A stretch of 64,000 bases of DNA from positions 1 through 64,000 of the IMG/VR virus record IMGVR_UViG_3300023174_004273. One strand, written 5' to 3'. Position 1 is the stretch's first letter. Each line of letters starts with the position of its first letter. The notes below the pieces were generated by a model. It was not told where the DNA came from. It ran no database searches and saw only the letters and a program-made list of their open reading frames with translations. Of the stretch, positions 1 to 9,334 are shown one piece after another. Both the position numbers and the translations under genes were made by a program. The stretch comes from a virus.

Positions 1-39
1 CGTATTTCTTGTTCTACCAGCTGAGCTAGTTGTTGTGGG

Positions 40-960
40 TCAAGCATGTTCTCTCCATAGATCCAGGGTCACACAGTGGAAACCACCGCCCAGGGTGCGA
101 CTGTGGCTTAGTTTGTGTGGTATCACAGTGATTCCGTATTTTTCTATTTCACGTATCAACAGTCGTTGATCTTGATCCATTATCACAGTATTGGGATCAA
201 CCACTAGCATATTTAACGCAATCCATTTCGAAGCGTAAGGGTATTGATAAAACCCTTGTTCGACCACATGATCTACATACAGCACTTCCCACCCATTGAA
301 TGCTTTAGGCAATGTGTCAGGGGTCACACGTGCCGCATTGACTATGACCAACCCTTCTCGCAAGGGTACTATGGTCGAATCTATGTGTACGCCAGCATAA
401 AAGTTACAGAGTTCTATGGTGATATCTGGAAACTGGGCTTGCAACCACTCATAGGCAGCGCGATTGCCTGATGCACTTTCAAGATACAGCCAGGTATCGC
501 CCAGTCTACACACATTGGCCGCATCCAAGGTCATGCCTTCGTTGCGTGGCATGTGTAGATAGCGTTCTGCGGCATCGACCACATCGTAGTAGGCTGCCAG
601 TTCCATGTCTCTGCAGGGATACATCATGGCAGGATCCACTATGGTCGTACCTGCTACCAACAGACGATCTCGAGGACAGTAGTTGTACATACCTCCCAGG
701 GCCACGAAATCCAGCTCCTGAGGACGATGTACTTCAACTCCTAGATCAGTGAGCTTGCGAGCTAGATCGTCTAGCTCAGCTTCGGCTTCATTGACGATCC
801 AGTCGGGCACGGGTCCTGCGGGCACAGGTGTTTCCTTCCACAGGGTCTTTTCGCTTTCTTGTGCGAATACAGGATCTTGGCTGGGCCAGTTGGCATGTCG
901 AGCACTGCCAACTATGATGCTACGCAATGGATCCCACTCGTTATAGGAATGGATCTTCAA
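40..960 (-). CDS. Amidinotransferase (glycine/inosamine-phosphate amidinotransferase family)
   Basis: N-terminal SYNEWDPL, CPRD, HIDS and C-terminal GGGFHC catalytic Cys motif. Confidence 0.88.
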   Translation of the reverse strand: MKIHSYNEWDPLRSIIVGSARHANWPSQDPVFAQESEKTLWKETPVPAGPVPDWIVNEAEAELDDLARKLTDLGVEVHRPQELDFVALGGMYNYCPRDRLLVAGTTIVDPAMMYPCRDMELAAYYDVVDAAERYLHMPRNEGMTLDAANVCRLGDTWLYLESASGNRAAYEWLQAQFPDITIELCNFYAGVHIDSTIVPLREGLVIVNAARVTPDTLPKAFNGWEVLYVDHVVEQGFYQYPYASKWIALNMLVVDPNTVIMDQDQRLLIREIEKYGITVIPHKLSHSRTLGGGFHCVTLDLWREHA

Positions 961-1477
961 TGGGAACTCCGGTTATTTGTAGTGTGTAACGATCGGTCAT
1001 GCCATTGTTGGCTGCCAGATGCTTGACGTCATTGCGCCAGATATAGATATCTCCAGCGATCCATTTTGTCAAGGGCGTGCCGTCTATTTCAAGATAGTGA
1101 CCGCTTTGCCAATCTTCCATCATGACAATGGCACGATAGATAGAATCGCTGTCTGTGATGTTGTATACTTCTCGGAACCGAGCGTAAGTGTCTGAGTGGT
1201 TAGGCAACACAGTGCCTGGGGGCATGCGATACACAGACCAAGAAAAATGATTCCAGGGAAAATGAAATCGGAAAGGTGCTATCCAAGCAGGTTCTGGATT
1301 ACGCATGTCATACATGTCACCAGTGAATCTAGTCTGTGTATACCCCAGGCTACGCCACAGCGCCAGACTTTCGGGGTCATTGAAAGGCTCGTTGACATAG
1401 GGCAAATCTCTATGACTTACCCACCAGGGTTTGACCCAAGACTTGCTCCAGGTCTTAGACTTTTCTTGTATTACCAT
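941..1477 (-). CDS. Cupin / 2OG-Fe(II) oxygenase-like protein
   Basis: HSD (HxD) plus distal H in KHLAAN and RYTLQITG; double-stranded beta-helix pattern. Confidence 0.65.
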   Translation of the reverse strand: MVIQEKSKTWSKSWVKPWWVSHRDLPYVNEPFNDPESLALWRSLGYTQTRFTGDMYDMRNPEPAWIAPFRFHFPWNHFSWSVYRMPPGTVLPNHSDTYARFREVYNITDSDSIYRAIVMMEDWQSGHYLEIDGTPLTKWIAGDIYIWRNDVKHLAANNGMTDRYTLQITGVPIEDPFL

Positions 1478-2690
1478 AATGGATGATTTCGTAACCTACC
1501 ATGTTTGTCATCTTGCGCCAAGGATCAACTATCACAGATCCTGCTTCAATGGGCGCATAGAAAGTGTCGTCGCGAACATCACCAGTATAGCCATATGTGA
1601 TTTGTCTATTGTGTGCCATCAATAATACACAAGCACCTTTGACTGATTGGATCACATTGGTATCGTCATCAGCCAGAGGATCTAGATAGCTCACAGAAAA
1701 CCCAGCTTCATTGATGTAGTATCCAATCAACGTGGAATATGAGCCAATGCAGTAAGGCACATCAGGTTTGTAGGCTTTGCCATGGATGACGATGGGTAGA
1801 TTTTTTTCTCGGGCTTTGTCTACTAGAAATAGTGCAAGATTTTTGGCTTGGACTTCTCGAGCATGCATGATGGTGTCAAACAAATCATAGCCAATGTCGT
1901 ATTCTTCAGCCAACCACCGCAGGGCGATATTGTCTCTGGGATGGCAAGCACCTGCGTCGCCCATGCCTGCGGTCATGTACTTGGGTCCCATGATACGCAT
2001 GGTGCTTTGTGCTAGAGCATCTGTCACAACATCCACATTGATATTGCCAATCTTGAGTGCAAAGTCTTGTATCATGTTTACCAGACCAACCTTGGCACTG
2101 ATGAATGTGTTATAGAAAATCTTGATCGCTTCACACTCATCCCAGGTTCCTGTGACATAGCGAGGATTGTTTTTCATCAGCGGACGATAAAGATCAATGA
2201 GATCACGCATTTCACTGGGGTCTCCGGTTTCTGTACCAATCATGACCATTTCTGGATTGGCCATGTCCCATTTCACACTACCCATGGCGATGAGATATGG
2301 GTTATACAAAAACTGATGGCGCTTGTCCAACAAGGTAGCAAAATGTCTACGAGTGGTGCCCGGAAGCACAGTGCTGATCAATACAACACGTTTGGGTTCT
2401 TTGGCATAGGTGTTTACATAGCCAATGGCTTCTTTCACAGCATCGTGCCCAAAATCCTTGGGTTCCATGTGACTGCTGGGCACTGACCCATCATAGCCTT
2501 CGGCATGCGGTGTTGGTACCGCAATAAACAGCCAGTCGCTGTGATCAATCACTTCTTCCACGTTGGTGCAAACTTTCACCGAGTCGCTGTAGCGTGGATA
2601 TATATCATAACCGTAAACTGAATAACGCTCTGCAAAAACTTCTGCGCAGTCTAATCCCAGTTTGCCTAAACCAATAAAACCTATATTCAT
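1455..2690 (-). CDS. UDP-glucose/GDP-mannose 6-dehydrogenase family
   Basis: GLGKLG Rossmann motif, IAVPTP, STVLPGT, GACHPRD catalytic Cys region; start at MNIGF follows GGAGGA. Confidence 0.85.
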   Translation of the reverse strand: MNIGFIGLGKLGLDCAEVFAERYSVYGYDIYPRYSDSVKVCTNVEEVIDHSDWLFIAVPTPHAEGYDGSVPSSHMEPKDFGHDAVKEAIGYVNTYAKEPKRVVLISTVLPGTTRRHFATLLDKRHQFLYNPYLIAMGSVKWDMANPEMVMIGTETGDPSEMRDLIDLYRPLMKNNPRYVTGTWDECEAIKIFYNTFISAKVGLVNMIQDFALKIGNINVDVVTDALAQSTMRIMGPKYMTAGMGDAGACHPRDNIALRWLAEEYDIGYDLFDTIMHAREVQAKNLALFLVDKAREKNLPIVIHGKAYKPDVPYCIGSYSTLIGYYINEAGFSVSYLDPLADDDTNVIQSVKGACVLLMAHNRQITYGYTGDVRDDTFYAPIEAGSVIVDPWRKMTNMVGYEIIHYGNTRKV

Positions 2691-2702
2691 CGTATCCTCC
2701 AT

Positions 2703-3953
2703 ATGTCGGTTCCTTCACATAATTTATATGATTTTGTACACCACGCCACAGAAAAGCGGTACTGGTTGCTGAGGTTTTATCCTTGGGGTAACAAGGACCT
2801 AGATGCTCTGAGTGATTATCAGTCCGATCTAGATGGTCCAAATGGCATACCCAAACAACAAAGATTCTTGCATCAGATGGATCCTGAACCACTGACTGAT
2901 CTGGCCTACGACAAGCAAGTGCGTAACTTCCAGCCCATACTGTTGTGTCATGATCAAGAACCACTGGACTTTGATCTTTACCAAGACGGGTCTGACATCA
3001 TGAATAGATACATCCATACCAAGGCTTGGGATTCATCATATCCTCATGTTAACTTTAATCTTAGAAATGCCATAGTATGGAGTTGGCAAAAACAATGGAC
3101 TTTGCTCCACAGTGAGTTAAACTCATCGGAACTAGATCGCTATGAATCCACTGGACAGTACGTAGGTGCTTACTGGTGGAGCCATGCTGTGATAGCACTG
3201 GATTGGTACAGATATGCTCAACAGGACCAATCATTGCAGTATGGCAATGCCAACAAGCTGTTCCTGATCTATGCCCGAGACACCACTGGCACACGACAGT
3301 ATCGAAGCAAGTTCTTGGATCAAATACAGGATTTCAGTGATCACTGCCAGATAGGATCAGTCAAGGACTATTTGGTATCATCAGACAGCAGTGCTACCTA
3401 TGACAGCGAAGATTTCAATCACACAGCATTCAGCGTGGTATTAGAAACACTGTTTGATGATGCTCGCATACATCTGACAGAAAAGATCTTGCGGCCCATT
3501 GCCTGCGGTCATCCATTCTTGCTGGCCGCTGGTGCCGGCAGTTTATCACTGCTACGCAGATACGGGTTTGAAACTTTCAGTCCCTGGATCAATGAAAGTT
3601 ACGATGATATCACAGACAGCAAACAACGTCTATGGGCCATAGTGGCAGAAATGCGCAGGATAGCACAGTTGTCCAGAGATCAGCAACAACACATCATTGA
3701 CTGTTGCCGGCAAGTGGCTACCAGGAATAAAAAAAGATTTTTCCACAGTGATTTTTTCAACGCTGTCACACAAGAACTCAAAGACAATGTCAACCAGGCT
3801 TGGAAAAAACATCAGGGCCGATTAAGCCCTGACTTTTATTGGAAAACTTTTCGCTGGCGTCGGAAAAATAAACCTGAGTATTTTACACCAGCGAAAAGAG
3901 TCGATCATCGAACCATGCTGTCCTTGGTACGTCGATTACGACAATCTACTTGA
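2703..3953 (+). CDS. Hypothetical 'TEK'-family protein (GT-B/GT10-like C-terminal domain)
   Basis: VVLET...TEKILRPI...GFETF..WINESYD motif shared with 27476-28471 and 62181-63245. Confidence 0.55.
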   Translation: MSVPSHNLYDFVHHATEKRYWLLRFYPWGNKDLDALSDYQSDLDGPNGIPKQQRFLHQMDPEPLTDLAYDKQVRNFQPILLCHDQEPLDFDLYQDGSDIMNRYIHTKAWDSSYPHVNFNLRNAIVWSWQKQWTLLHSELNSSELDRYESTGQYVGAYWWSHAVIALDWYRYAQQDQSLQYGNANKLFLIYARDTTGTRQYRSKFLDQIQDFSDHCQIGSVKDYLVSSDSSATYDSEDFNHTAFSVVLETLFDDARIHLTEKILRPIACGHPFLLAAGAGSLSLLRRYGFETFSPWINESYDDITDSKQRLWAIVAEMRRIAQLSRDQQQHIIDCCRQVATRNKKRFFHSDFFNAVTQELKDNVNQAWKKHQGRLSPDFYWKTFRWRRKNKPEYFTPAKRVDHRTMLSLVRRLRQST

Positions 3954-4269
3954 ACAGTATCAGGGCCATGAGCACGGCCTGCACGATAAATCCAGTGCCA
4001 ATGGTGATGATGTTGAGTGAGTCTTTGAGTACCACTGCACGACCAAACAACAGCACCAGTCCTCCCCACATCAGTAGAATGATGTCCACAGATGGTGTGC
4101 GATCACTGAGTCCTGTGAGCAAGGCCAACAGCGTGGGTATGGTAGCACCATGTATCAAGATCACTGCCAACCAGCCCAGAGTTTCTGCTGACACGGTGTG
4201 TAAACTCTGGCTCAGCCACTGGCTAAAGTTAGATCTCACGTTGCCAATAAAGTTAAAAATCCAACTCAT
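3946..4269 (-). CDS. Small 3-TM membrane protein (possibly PQ-loop/SemiSWEET-like)
   Basis: Three hydrophobic segments; ATGA overlap with upstream gene supports start at MSWIF. Confidence 0.5.
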   Translation of the reverse strand: MSWIFNFIGNVRSNFSQWLSQSLHTVSAETLGWLAVILIHGATIPTLLALLTGLSDRTPSVDIILLMWGGLVLLFGRAVVLKDSLNIITIGTGFIVQAVLMALILFK

Positions 4270-4871
4270 GATTTGATTTCCTTTTTCTTGTAGAAAAGAT
4301 GATTGCCAAACTTGGCTAGGTATTGCATGTTCCCCCAACCGGGCGTGACATAGTCAGCATGAAAATAAAGAGCTTCTTTCAAGCTGGGCAAACGGAATCC
4401 TTCTAAAAGGACTTTTTTAGCCACTTCCATGCTTTCTTCGTACAAAGCAGGATGCACTGGTTTTATTTTGTGTGTGGGTTCGCAGTACCAGCTGAACTGG
4501 CACACGACCTTTTCATACACTATATTCTTCTGGTACACAACACCGCAGACGCCTTTGCCAAAACGTCCATCCTCCACGCGATTCATTGTGACTTGGGCCA
4601 CACCCACCTTGCCTTCAAAAGGCTGGTTGGCAGCTTCCCAGTAGATATTGCGAGCCAAGCATTCTAGTTGTTGAGTGCGGTCCGCAGTAGAAACGAAGCC
4701 TTGGCGCCAGGCGGTGGCTTCGTTATTGGATGCAAGAGCATCCAGACGCAAATTTGTGACTGTGATCAGGATCGAAGCAACGATCATTAAACCGATCACA
4801 CGGGGCAGACTTACGAAAAGTTTGACCATGCCAACTTGGTGCGTTTTTGACTTTGATATTGTCGCTGTCAT
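4266..4871 (-). CDS. Cell wall hydrolase, SleB/Hydrolase_2 family
   Basis: CLARNIYWEA, VAQVTMNRV, CQFSW, ALYFHA, GNHLFY motifs; N-terminal TM; AAGGAGG RBS. Confidence 0.9.
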   Translation of the reverse strand: MTATISKSKTHQVGMVKLFVSLPRVIGLMIVASILITVTNLRLDALASNNEATAWRQGFVSTADRTQQLECLARNIYWEAANQPFEGKVGVAQVTMNRVEDGRFGKGVCGVVYQKNIVYEKVVCQFSWYCEPTHKIKPVHPALYEESMEVAKKVLLEGFRLPSLKEALYFHADYVTPGWGNMQYLAKFGNHLFYKKKEIKS

Positions 4872-5004
4872 AACTCCTCCTTGTTTACAGGTTTATTTTT
4901 TACCGTAGTAATATGTACTGGACACAGGACCACAGATAAATGCGTACATTTCCAAAAGAGCTATATTTAATCCAAACACTCCAAAAGAAACAGACACAAG
5001 CTAT

Positions 5005-5033
5005 ATTTTAGCCTATTTTTCGATTGAAGTCAA
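5005..5033 (-). promoter_or_regulatory. Sigma70-type promoter for the sleB-like gene
   Basis: TTGACT-17 nt-TAAAAT on the minus strand. Confidence 0.6.
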
Positions 5034-5081
5034 ATTATTTTTTGCCTGAGGGGAGATATCCCGGGATTCGATGACTAAATA

Positions 5082-5195
5082 TTTGACGGGGAGTAGTTAG
5101 CCCATGGTGGGCTCCATATATCGTCATCTCGGCCAGTAGGCCCGGTATATGGACAAAGAGACGAGACCATTTTAACTTTAAGGAGATTAAAATGG
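5082..5195 (+). ncRNA. yybP-ykoY (Mn2+) riboswitch with translational expression platform
   Basis: GGGGAGTAG (5088-5096); P2 AGCCCA/TGGGCT; P3 TCCATATATCG/CGGTATATGGA with TCATCTC loop and GGCC-AGTA-GGCC cap; CGAGACC (5162-5168); directly upstream of a TerC gene. Confidence 0.85.
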
Positions 5196-5881
5196 AACTA
5201 CTTTCCATACAAGCCCTTTGGGCATTCTTGGCTATCGTATTGATAGACATCGTATTGGCCGGAGATAACGCACTGGTTATCGGAATGGCTGCCAACCGAC
5301 TTCCACCCGAACTACGCAAACGAGCGATCTTTTGGGGCACCTTTGGTGCTATTGGTATCAGGTTTGTATCAGTTGCCGCACTGACCTATCTATTGATGGT
5401 CCCTGGACTAAGAGCTATCGGTGCCGTGGCCTTGTTATGGATTGGCTGGAAGCTGGTGTTTGATAACAAAGATCATGAAGTCAAAGCATCAGACACATTT
5501 TGGGGAGCTATTTGGACTATTTGTGTGGCAGATGCTGTGATGGGCATAGACAACGCACTAGGCATTGCCGCTGCCGCACAGGGCGACTGGACATTGATTA
5601 TCGCTGGATTGCTGATCAGCGTACCAATCATATTGTTCGGTGCAGGCTTGGTTACAAAGATACTACAACGTTGGCCCGATTCAATGTTCCTGGGATCATT
5701 TGTGTTGTTTGCTGTGGCCTTCCTAATGCTGATGAAAGAACCATTGATGGCTACCTGGTGGGCAGGGTTGGATACATGGGTGGCCAAACCACTACCTTGG
5801 TTGGCTGCCGCAGTTATTACTGCTGTGCAATATAACAAAGCTCGCTTGCACTTACACAAACGATATTTGTTTAGAAAATAA
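5192..5881 (+). CDS. TerC-family (YjbE-like) integral membrane metal transporter
   Basis: IDIVLAGDNALVI and ADAVMGIDNAL metal motifs, GLLISVPII; multi-TM. Confidence 0.92.
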   Translation: MELLSIQALWAFLAIVLIDIVLAGDNALVIGMAANRLPPELRKRAIFWGTFGAIGIRFVSVAALTYLLMVPGLRAIGAVALLWIGWKLVFDNKDHEVKASDTFWGAIWTICVADAVMGIDNALGIAAAAQGDWTLIIAGLLISVPIILFGAGLVTKILQRWPDSMFLGSFVLFAVAFLMLMKEPLMATWWAGLDTWVAKPLPWLAAAVITAVQYNKARLHLHKRYLFRK

Positions 5882-5904
5882 AAAAGCCCCGCAAGGGGCT
5901 TTTT
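5881..5904. terminator. Bidirectional intrinsic terminator
   Basis: AAAAAGCCCC-GCAA-GGGGCTTTTT between convergent genes. Confidence 0.85.
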
Positions 5905-6085
5905 ATTGATGCTTGTGGAACAACGATCGAGTTTTTTCCCACCAGGACTTTTTCTTTTCAGTTTGTAAAAACCTTACCAACTGACGGGTCTTTTTCTCTT
6001 CGTCATGCAAGGCCATATTCCTCAATATGTGCTGTCGATTATTGATGATGTAGTCCCAGCGTTCTTCTGTGGTCATAAAGATCAC
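5903..6085 (-). CDS. Hypothetical protein
   Basis: 60-aa ORF coupled (GTGA overlap) to upstream gene. Confidence 0.45.
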   Translation of the reverse strand: MIFMTTEERWDYIINNRQHILRNMALHDEEKKTRQLVRFLQTEKKKSWWEKTRSLFHKHQ

Positions 6086-6558
6086 TTTCCTGACAATGGG
6101 TTATCCATGGCTTTTTGTATCTTAGAATCAACTTCTTTACGCATCTGGCGTAGTTCTTGATCCACTTCGCGATTCAACTGCTTGCCATCACGTTCTACTT
6201 GTTCCACGATCTTTTCCAATCTACGGATATCTTGTTTTAAATCGTTTTTGATATCCTGTGTATACTGCACGGATTTTTCCGAGTTCTGCATGGTAACTTC
6301 CATTTTCTTGTTCAACTCGCTCAAATCCGGAGCCACATATTCGGCAATCTTTTTCTTCATGCCCTGATAGTCCTTGTACACTTCAAAGGCACCGTAAAGC
6401 CCACCCAGCGTAGAGCTGATGATAGTGGCAGCCACCATGAGCTTGGCTGGCGTAAACTCATAACCGCCTATAGAAATCACCGTGTTAGCACTTAGATACT
6501 TCTCCTTGGCTTCTGCTAACTTGTCAACTTGTGAGTTTAAATCTTTTTTCTCTGTCAT
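6082..6558 (-). CDS. Membrane-anchored coiled-coil protein (paralogue B)
   Basis: VISIGGYEFTPAKLMVA-TM-coiled coil-DNPLS; paralogue of 6567-7130. Confidence 0.7.
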   Translation of the reverse strand: MTEKKDLNSQVDKLAEAKEKYLSANTVISIGGYEFTPAKLMVAATIISSTLGGLYGAFEVYKDYQGMKKKIAEYVAPDLSELNKKMEVTMQNSEKSVQYTQDIKNDLKQDIRRLEKIVEQVERDGKQLNREVDQELRQMRKEVDSKIQKAMDNPLSGK

Positions 6559-6566
6559 ATTCCCCC

Positions 6567-7130
6567 TTATCTGGACAGCGGATTGTCCAGTGCTTTCCTT
6601 ATTTTGTCATCTACTTCCGCTCTCAATGCACGTATCTCTGCCTGTGTTTCTTTTTGGTTTTTTACCAACTCTCTGTTGACTTCTTTGAGAGTGGCATCAA
6701 CATCGCGCTTGATTTCTTTCATGCCCGAGTCTGTCAGCCGCTGATCTGTCTTGCTCGAACGTTCTATGCCTTCTACTACACCTTCCAGTCTGCGTACATC
6801 GCTCTTTAGATCTTGTTTGATGCTGTTGGTGTACTCTACCATTTTGCTGGTATTTGCATCTAAAACTTCCATCTTTTTATAGATTTCAGTTAGATCTGGT
6901 GTAACATACTCGGCAATCTTTTTCTTCATGCTCATGTAATCTTTGTAGACTTCAAAACATCCATACAGTCCGCCCAACAAAGAGCTGACCAATGTAAATG
7001 CTACCATGAGCTTGGCTGGAGTGAATTCATAACCGCCGATGGATATCACGGTATCCTTGCTGGCGTACTTTTTCACTGCTTCTTCAGCGGCGTCAATTTT
7101 AGCATTGACGTCTTTGATTTCTTCTCCCAT
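6567..7130 (-). CDS. Membrane-anchored coiled-coil protein (paralogue A)
   Basis: Same motifs as 6082-6558 with a longer coiled coil; AAGGAG RBS. Confidence 0.7.
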   Translation of the reverse strand: MGEEIKDVNAKIDAAEEAVKKYASKDTVISIGGYEFTPAKLMVAFTLVSSLLGGLYGCFEVYKDYMSMKKKIAEYVTPDLTEIYKKMEVLDANTSKMVEYTNSIKQDLKSDVRRLEGVVEGIERSSKTDQRLTDSGMKEIKRDVDATLKEVNRELVKNQKETQAEIRALRAEVDDKIRKALDNPLSR

Positions 7131-7142
7131 TTTGTACTCCTT

Positions 7143-8759
7143 TTACTTCTGATATTGTTGATCTACCATCTCATTGTGTAAACGATCACTGGCTCCACTC
7201 AATCTACGTAGCAAAGTGCGATTGTCTACATTGTCTCGGCTGTATTGTCTGGCCATCTGCAAAGCATTTACGTCAATGATCCTGGCATTGCCATAGGCAT
7301 CAAACCCAGGAACAAATCCCATGAGTCCTACTACTAATCCTTGTGTGGCTGTTTGTGCTTCAAAGGTTTTGGCTTCTGCACCTGCTCGGGCTACTTCTTT
7401 GGCACGGGCTTCAACACGATTTTTCATTTCATCTTTGTTGGATGATCCAGACCCAGCTGATTTTACTTCTCCGTCGGTTTTCTTGGCTTCTTGTGATTGC
7501 GGACTCTGAGTTTGACCGGGGCCTGGCCCTTGTTGAGCTTGATTTTGGCTCTGTGGCTGTTGTGCATTGTTACCAGGTTGTGCATTGTTACCAGGGCCCG
7601 ATGTTTGGTTCACAGGACTCACGGAAGAAGTCACTGATGTCACACCAGTTGAGCTGGTAGTGCTAGGTGTTGATATAGCTGAATCAACCGTGCTGTTACC
7701 AGTGCGACTTACTTCGGTGCTCACGGTACCATCTGATTTTACAGATGTGGTTGGTGATGAGGTACTAGTAGTTGAGGTCGTGGTAGTTGTGGTGGTGCCT
7801 ATGTTGAGAATATTTTTTTTGGCATAGGCTTCAGCATAGTTAGGACAGGTGGTGCTATAAAGTCCATTTGCCAGACATTGTTGATTAAAGTAGGCTTCTT
7901 GATAACCAGGACAATCTGTAGCATACAATGGATTGGCTGTGCATTGTTGGGTCTTGTAGGCTTGTGCGTACCCAGGACAAGCTGGATTGTACAAAGGATT
8001 GGCCGTGCATTGTTGTGTAAAATAGGCCTGTGCGTAACCGGGGCATGAAGGATTGTAAAGAGCGGATATGGTACATTGTTGATTGAAGTAAGCGGTGGCA
8101 TATCCGGGGCAGTTGGGCGAGCTCAAAGGATTTACTGAACATTGATCCACGGTATAGTTCAACGACAGGCTGGGATCACGCACTCGAGGACCATACAGAC
8201 CCATCCAGAATCGATCATCCCGACCAGAGATGGCCATGCTGAGATAACCAGCAGATGCTAGAGAGTAAGGATTCGTAAAGGTTTTGGTGCCCTGTTCTGT
8301 GTTCCACACCGCCTCGGCCTGCTTGGCATGACTCATGCTCTGGCTTTCCAGCGTGTTGCCGGCAGGATCGCTCAAAAGAATAGCAACTCCCAGACTGCCA
8401 CTGCTGTAGCCACCATTCATCCACTGATACTTCCAGTTGAATCCGTTGATCTGTATACCAGTGCCTTGCAGAGCTTGATTGATGGCTATGGTCTGTGCCA
8501 CCGTGCTGGGCAAGTAGCCAAATCGTATGGTGTTGGTGTCGGAGTTGTAGTAGGCCGAACCCGTGGTATAACCCGCACCTTCCACAGAGGCAATGCCGTT
8601 GATATTGAGCACCTGGTTGCTGGGTATGCCCCAGGCTGTACCCGCAGGGTTGATCAGGTTGGGTGTGGTCTGAGTCTGCGCATACACTGGCAAGCTGGCC
8701 CACAAATACAGTAGGCACAGGTATAAGAACACCAGGAAGCGCAGATAGTAAGGCATCAC
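7143..8759 (-). CDS. Secreted protein with Cys-rich 22-aa repeats and S/T/Q-rich linker
   Basis: Signal-peptide-like N-terminus, beta-rich domain, five QQC-x9-CPGY repeats, low-complexity linker. Confidence 0.7.
   Translation of the reverse strand: MMPYYLRFLVFLYLCLLYLWASLPVYAQTQTTPNLINPAGTAWGIPSNQVLNINGIASVEGAGYTTGSAYYNSDTNTIRFGYLPSTVAQTIAINQALQGTGIQINGFNWKYQWMNGGYSSGSLGVAILLSDPAGNTLESQSMSHAKQAEAVWNTEQGTKTFTNPYSLASAGYLSMAISGRDDRFWMGLYGPRVRDPSLSLNYTVDQCSVNPLSSPNCPGYATAYFNQQCTISALYNPSCPGYAQAYFTQQCTANPLYNPACPGYAQAYKTQQCTANPLYATDCPGYQEAYFNQQCLANGLYSTTCPNYAEAYAKKNILNIGTTTTTTTSTTSTSSPTTSVKSDGTVSTEVSRTGNSTVDSAISTPSTTSSTGVTSVTSSVSPVNQTSGPGNNAQPGNNAQQPQSQNQAQQGPGPGQTQSPQSQEAKKTDGEVKSAGSGSSNKDEMKNRVEARAKEVARAGAEAKTFEAQTATQGLVVGLMGFVPGFDAYGNARIIDVNALQMARQYSRDNVDNRTLLRRLSGASDRLHNEMVDQQYQK
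7818..8147 (-). repeat. Five tandem 66-bp (22-aa) repeats, consensus QQCxxNPLYxPxCPGYAxAYxx
   Basis: Read directly in the translation. Confidence 0.9.
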
Positions 8760-9265
8760 TTGGCCTCTGCTGGCTGTGCTGGATCTAGTCTAGGTGGGTT
8801 CACTGCATAGTAACCCACATTGCCTTCCTTGGCTTTGTCTAGGACACCACGACGTGCCCATTCTGCCTTGGCATCAGCACCGATCTTGCCTTCTATAGGG
8901 CAGGGAGTTCCTGCGGCAATCATGGCAGTGAATATACGCTCGTCTTGACACAATGTAGCCACTGCGGCCACTTTCATGCCCATGTCATAGAGGTTTTTTG
9001 AAAGTTTGATGCGTTCGCAGTTGGTGTCTATTTTAGTACCTCCCATGGAAATACCAAGGATTTGTGTCTGCACAGCACCCGAGGCTGCCACAGCACACAC
9101 GTCATTGTTGATGGTCGTGATAGCAGGGGCAATGGCCGTGGGCGGTGGTGATTTGACCGTGGTTTCACTTCTAGTTGTTGAATCCGTGACTATGGTCTCG
9201 GCATGGACCGCGGCGAATGATAAGGATAACAATACACCCGCCCAGAATTTTTTATTATAGTTCAT
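8756..9265 (-). CDS. Secreted Cys-containing hypothetical protein
   Basis: Signal peptide ending AVHA; four Cys; AAGGAG RBS; TAAATA motif upstream. Confidence 0.7.
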   Translation of the reverse strand: MNYNKKFWAGVLLSLSFAAVHAETIVTDSTTRSETTVKSPPPTAIAPAITTINNDVCAVAASGAVQTQILGISMGGTKIDTNCERIKLSKNLYDMGMKVAAVATLCQDERIFTAMIAAGTPCPIEGKIGADAKAEWARRGVLDKAKEGNVGYYAVNPPRLDPAQPAEAK

Positions 9266-9334
9266 ACTTGTCTAGCTCCTTAGGCGACAATGTATTTAAA
9301 GGAAAACAGACAAAAAATATGCTGGTAGTTTAAT

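Noticed and set aside
4951-5010. Short repeated AGCTATATTT / CCAAAAGA words
   Set aside because: Only two short copies, largely explained by the promoter motifs of the sleB-like gene.
7818-8147. Possible CRISPR array or DGR-like repeats
   Set aside because: Repeats are in-frame 66-bp coding units with no unique spacers; no cas or reverse transcriptase gene is in the window.
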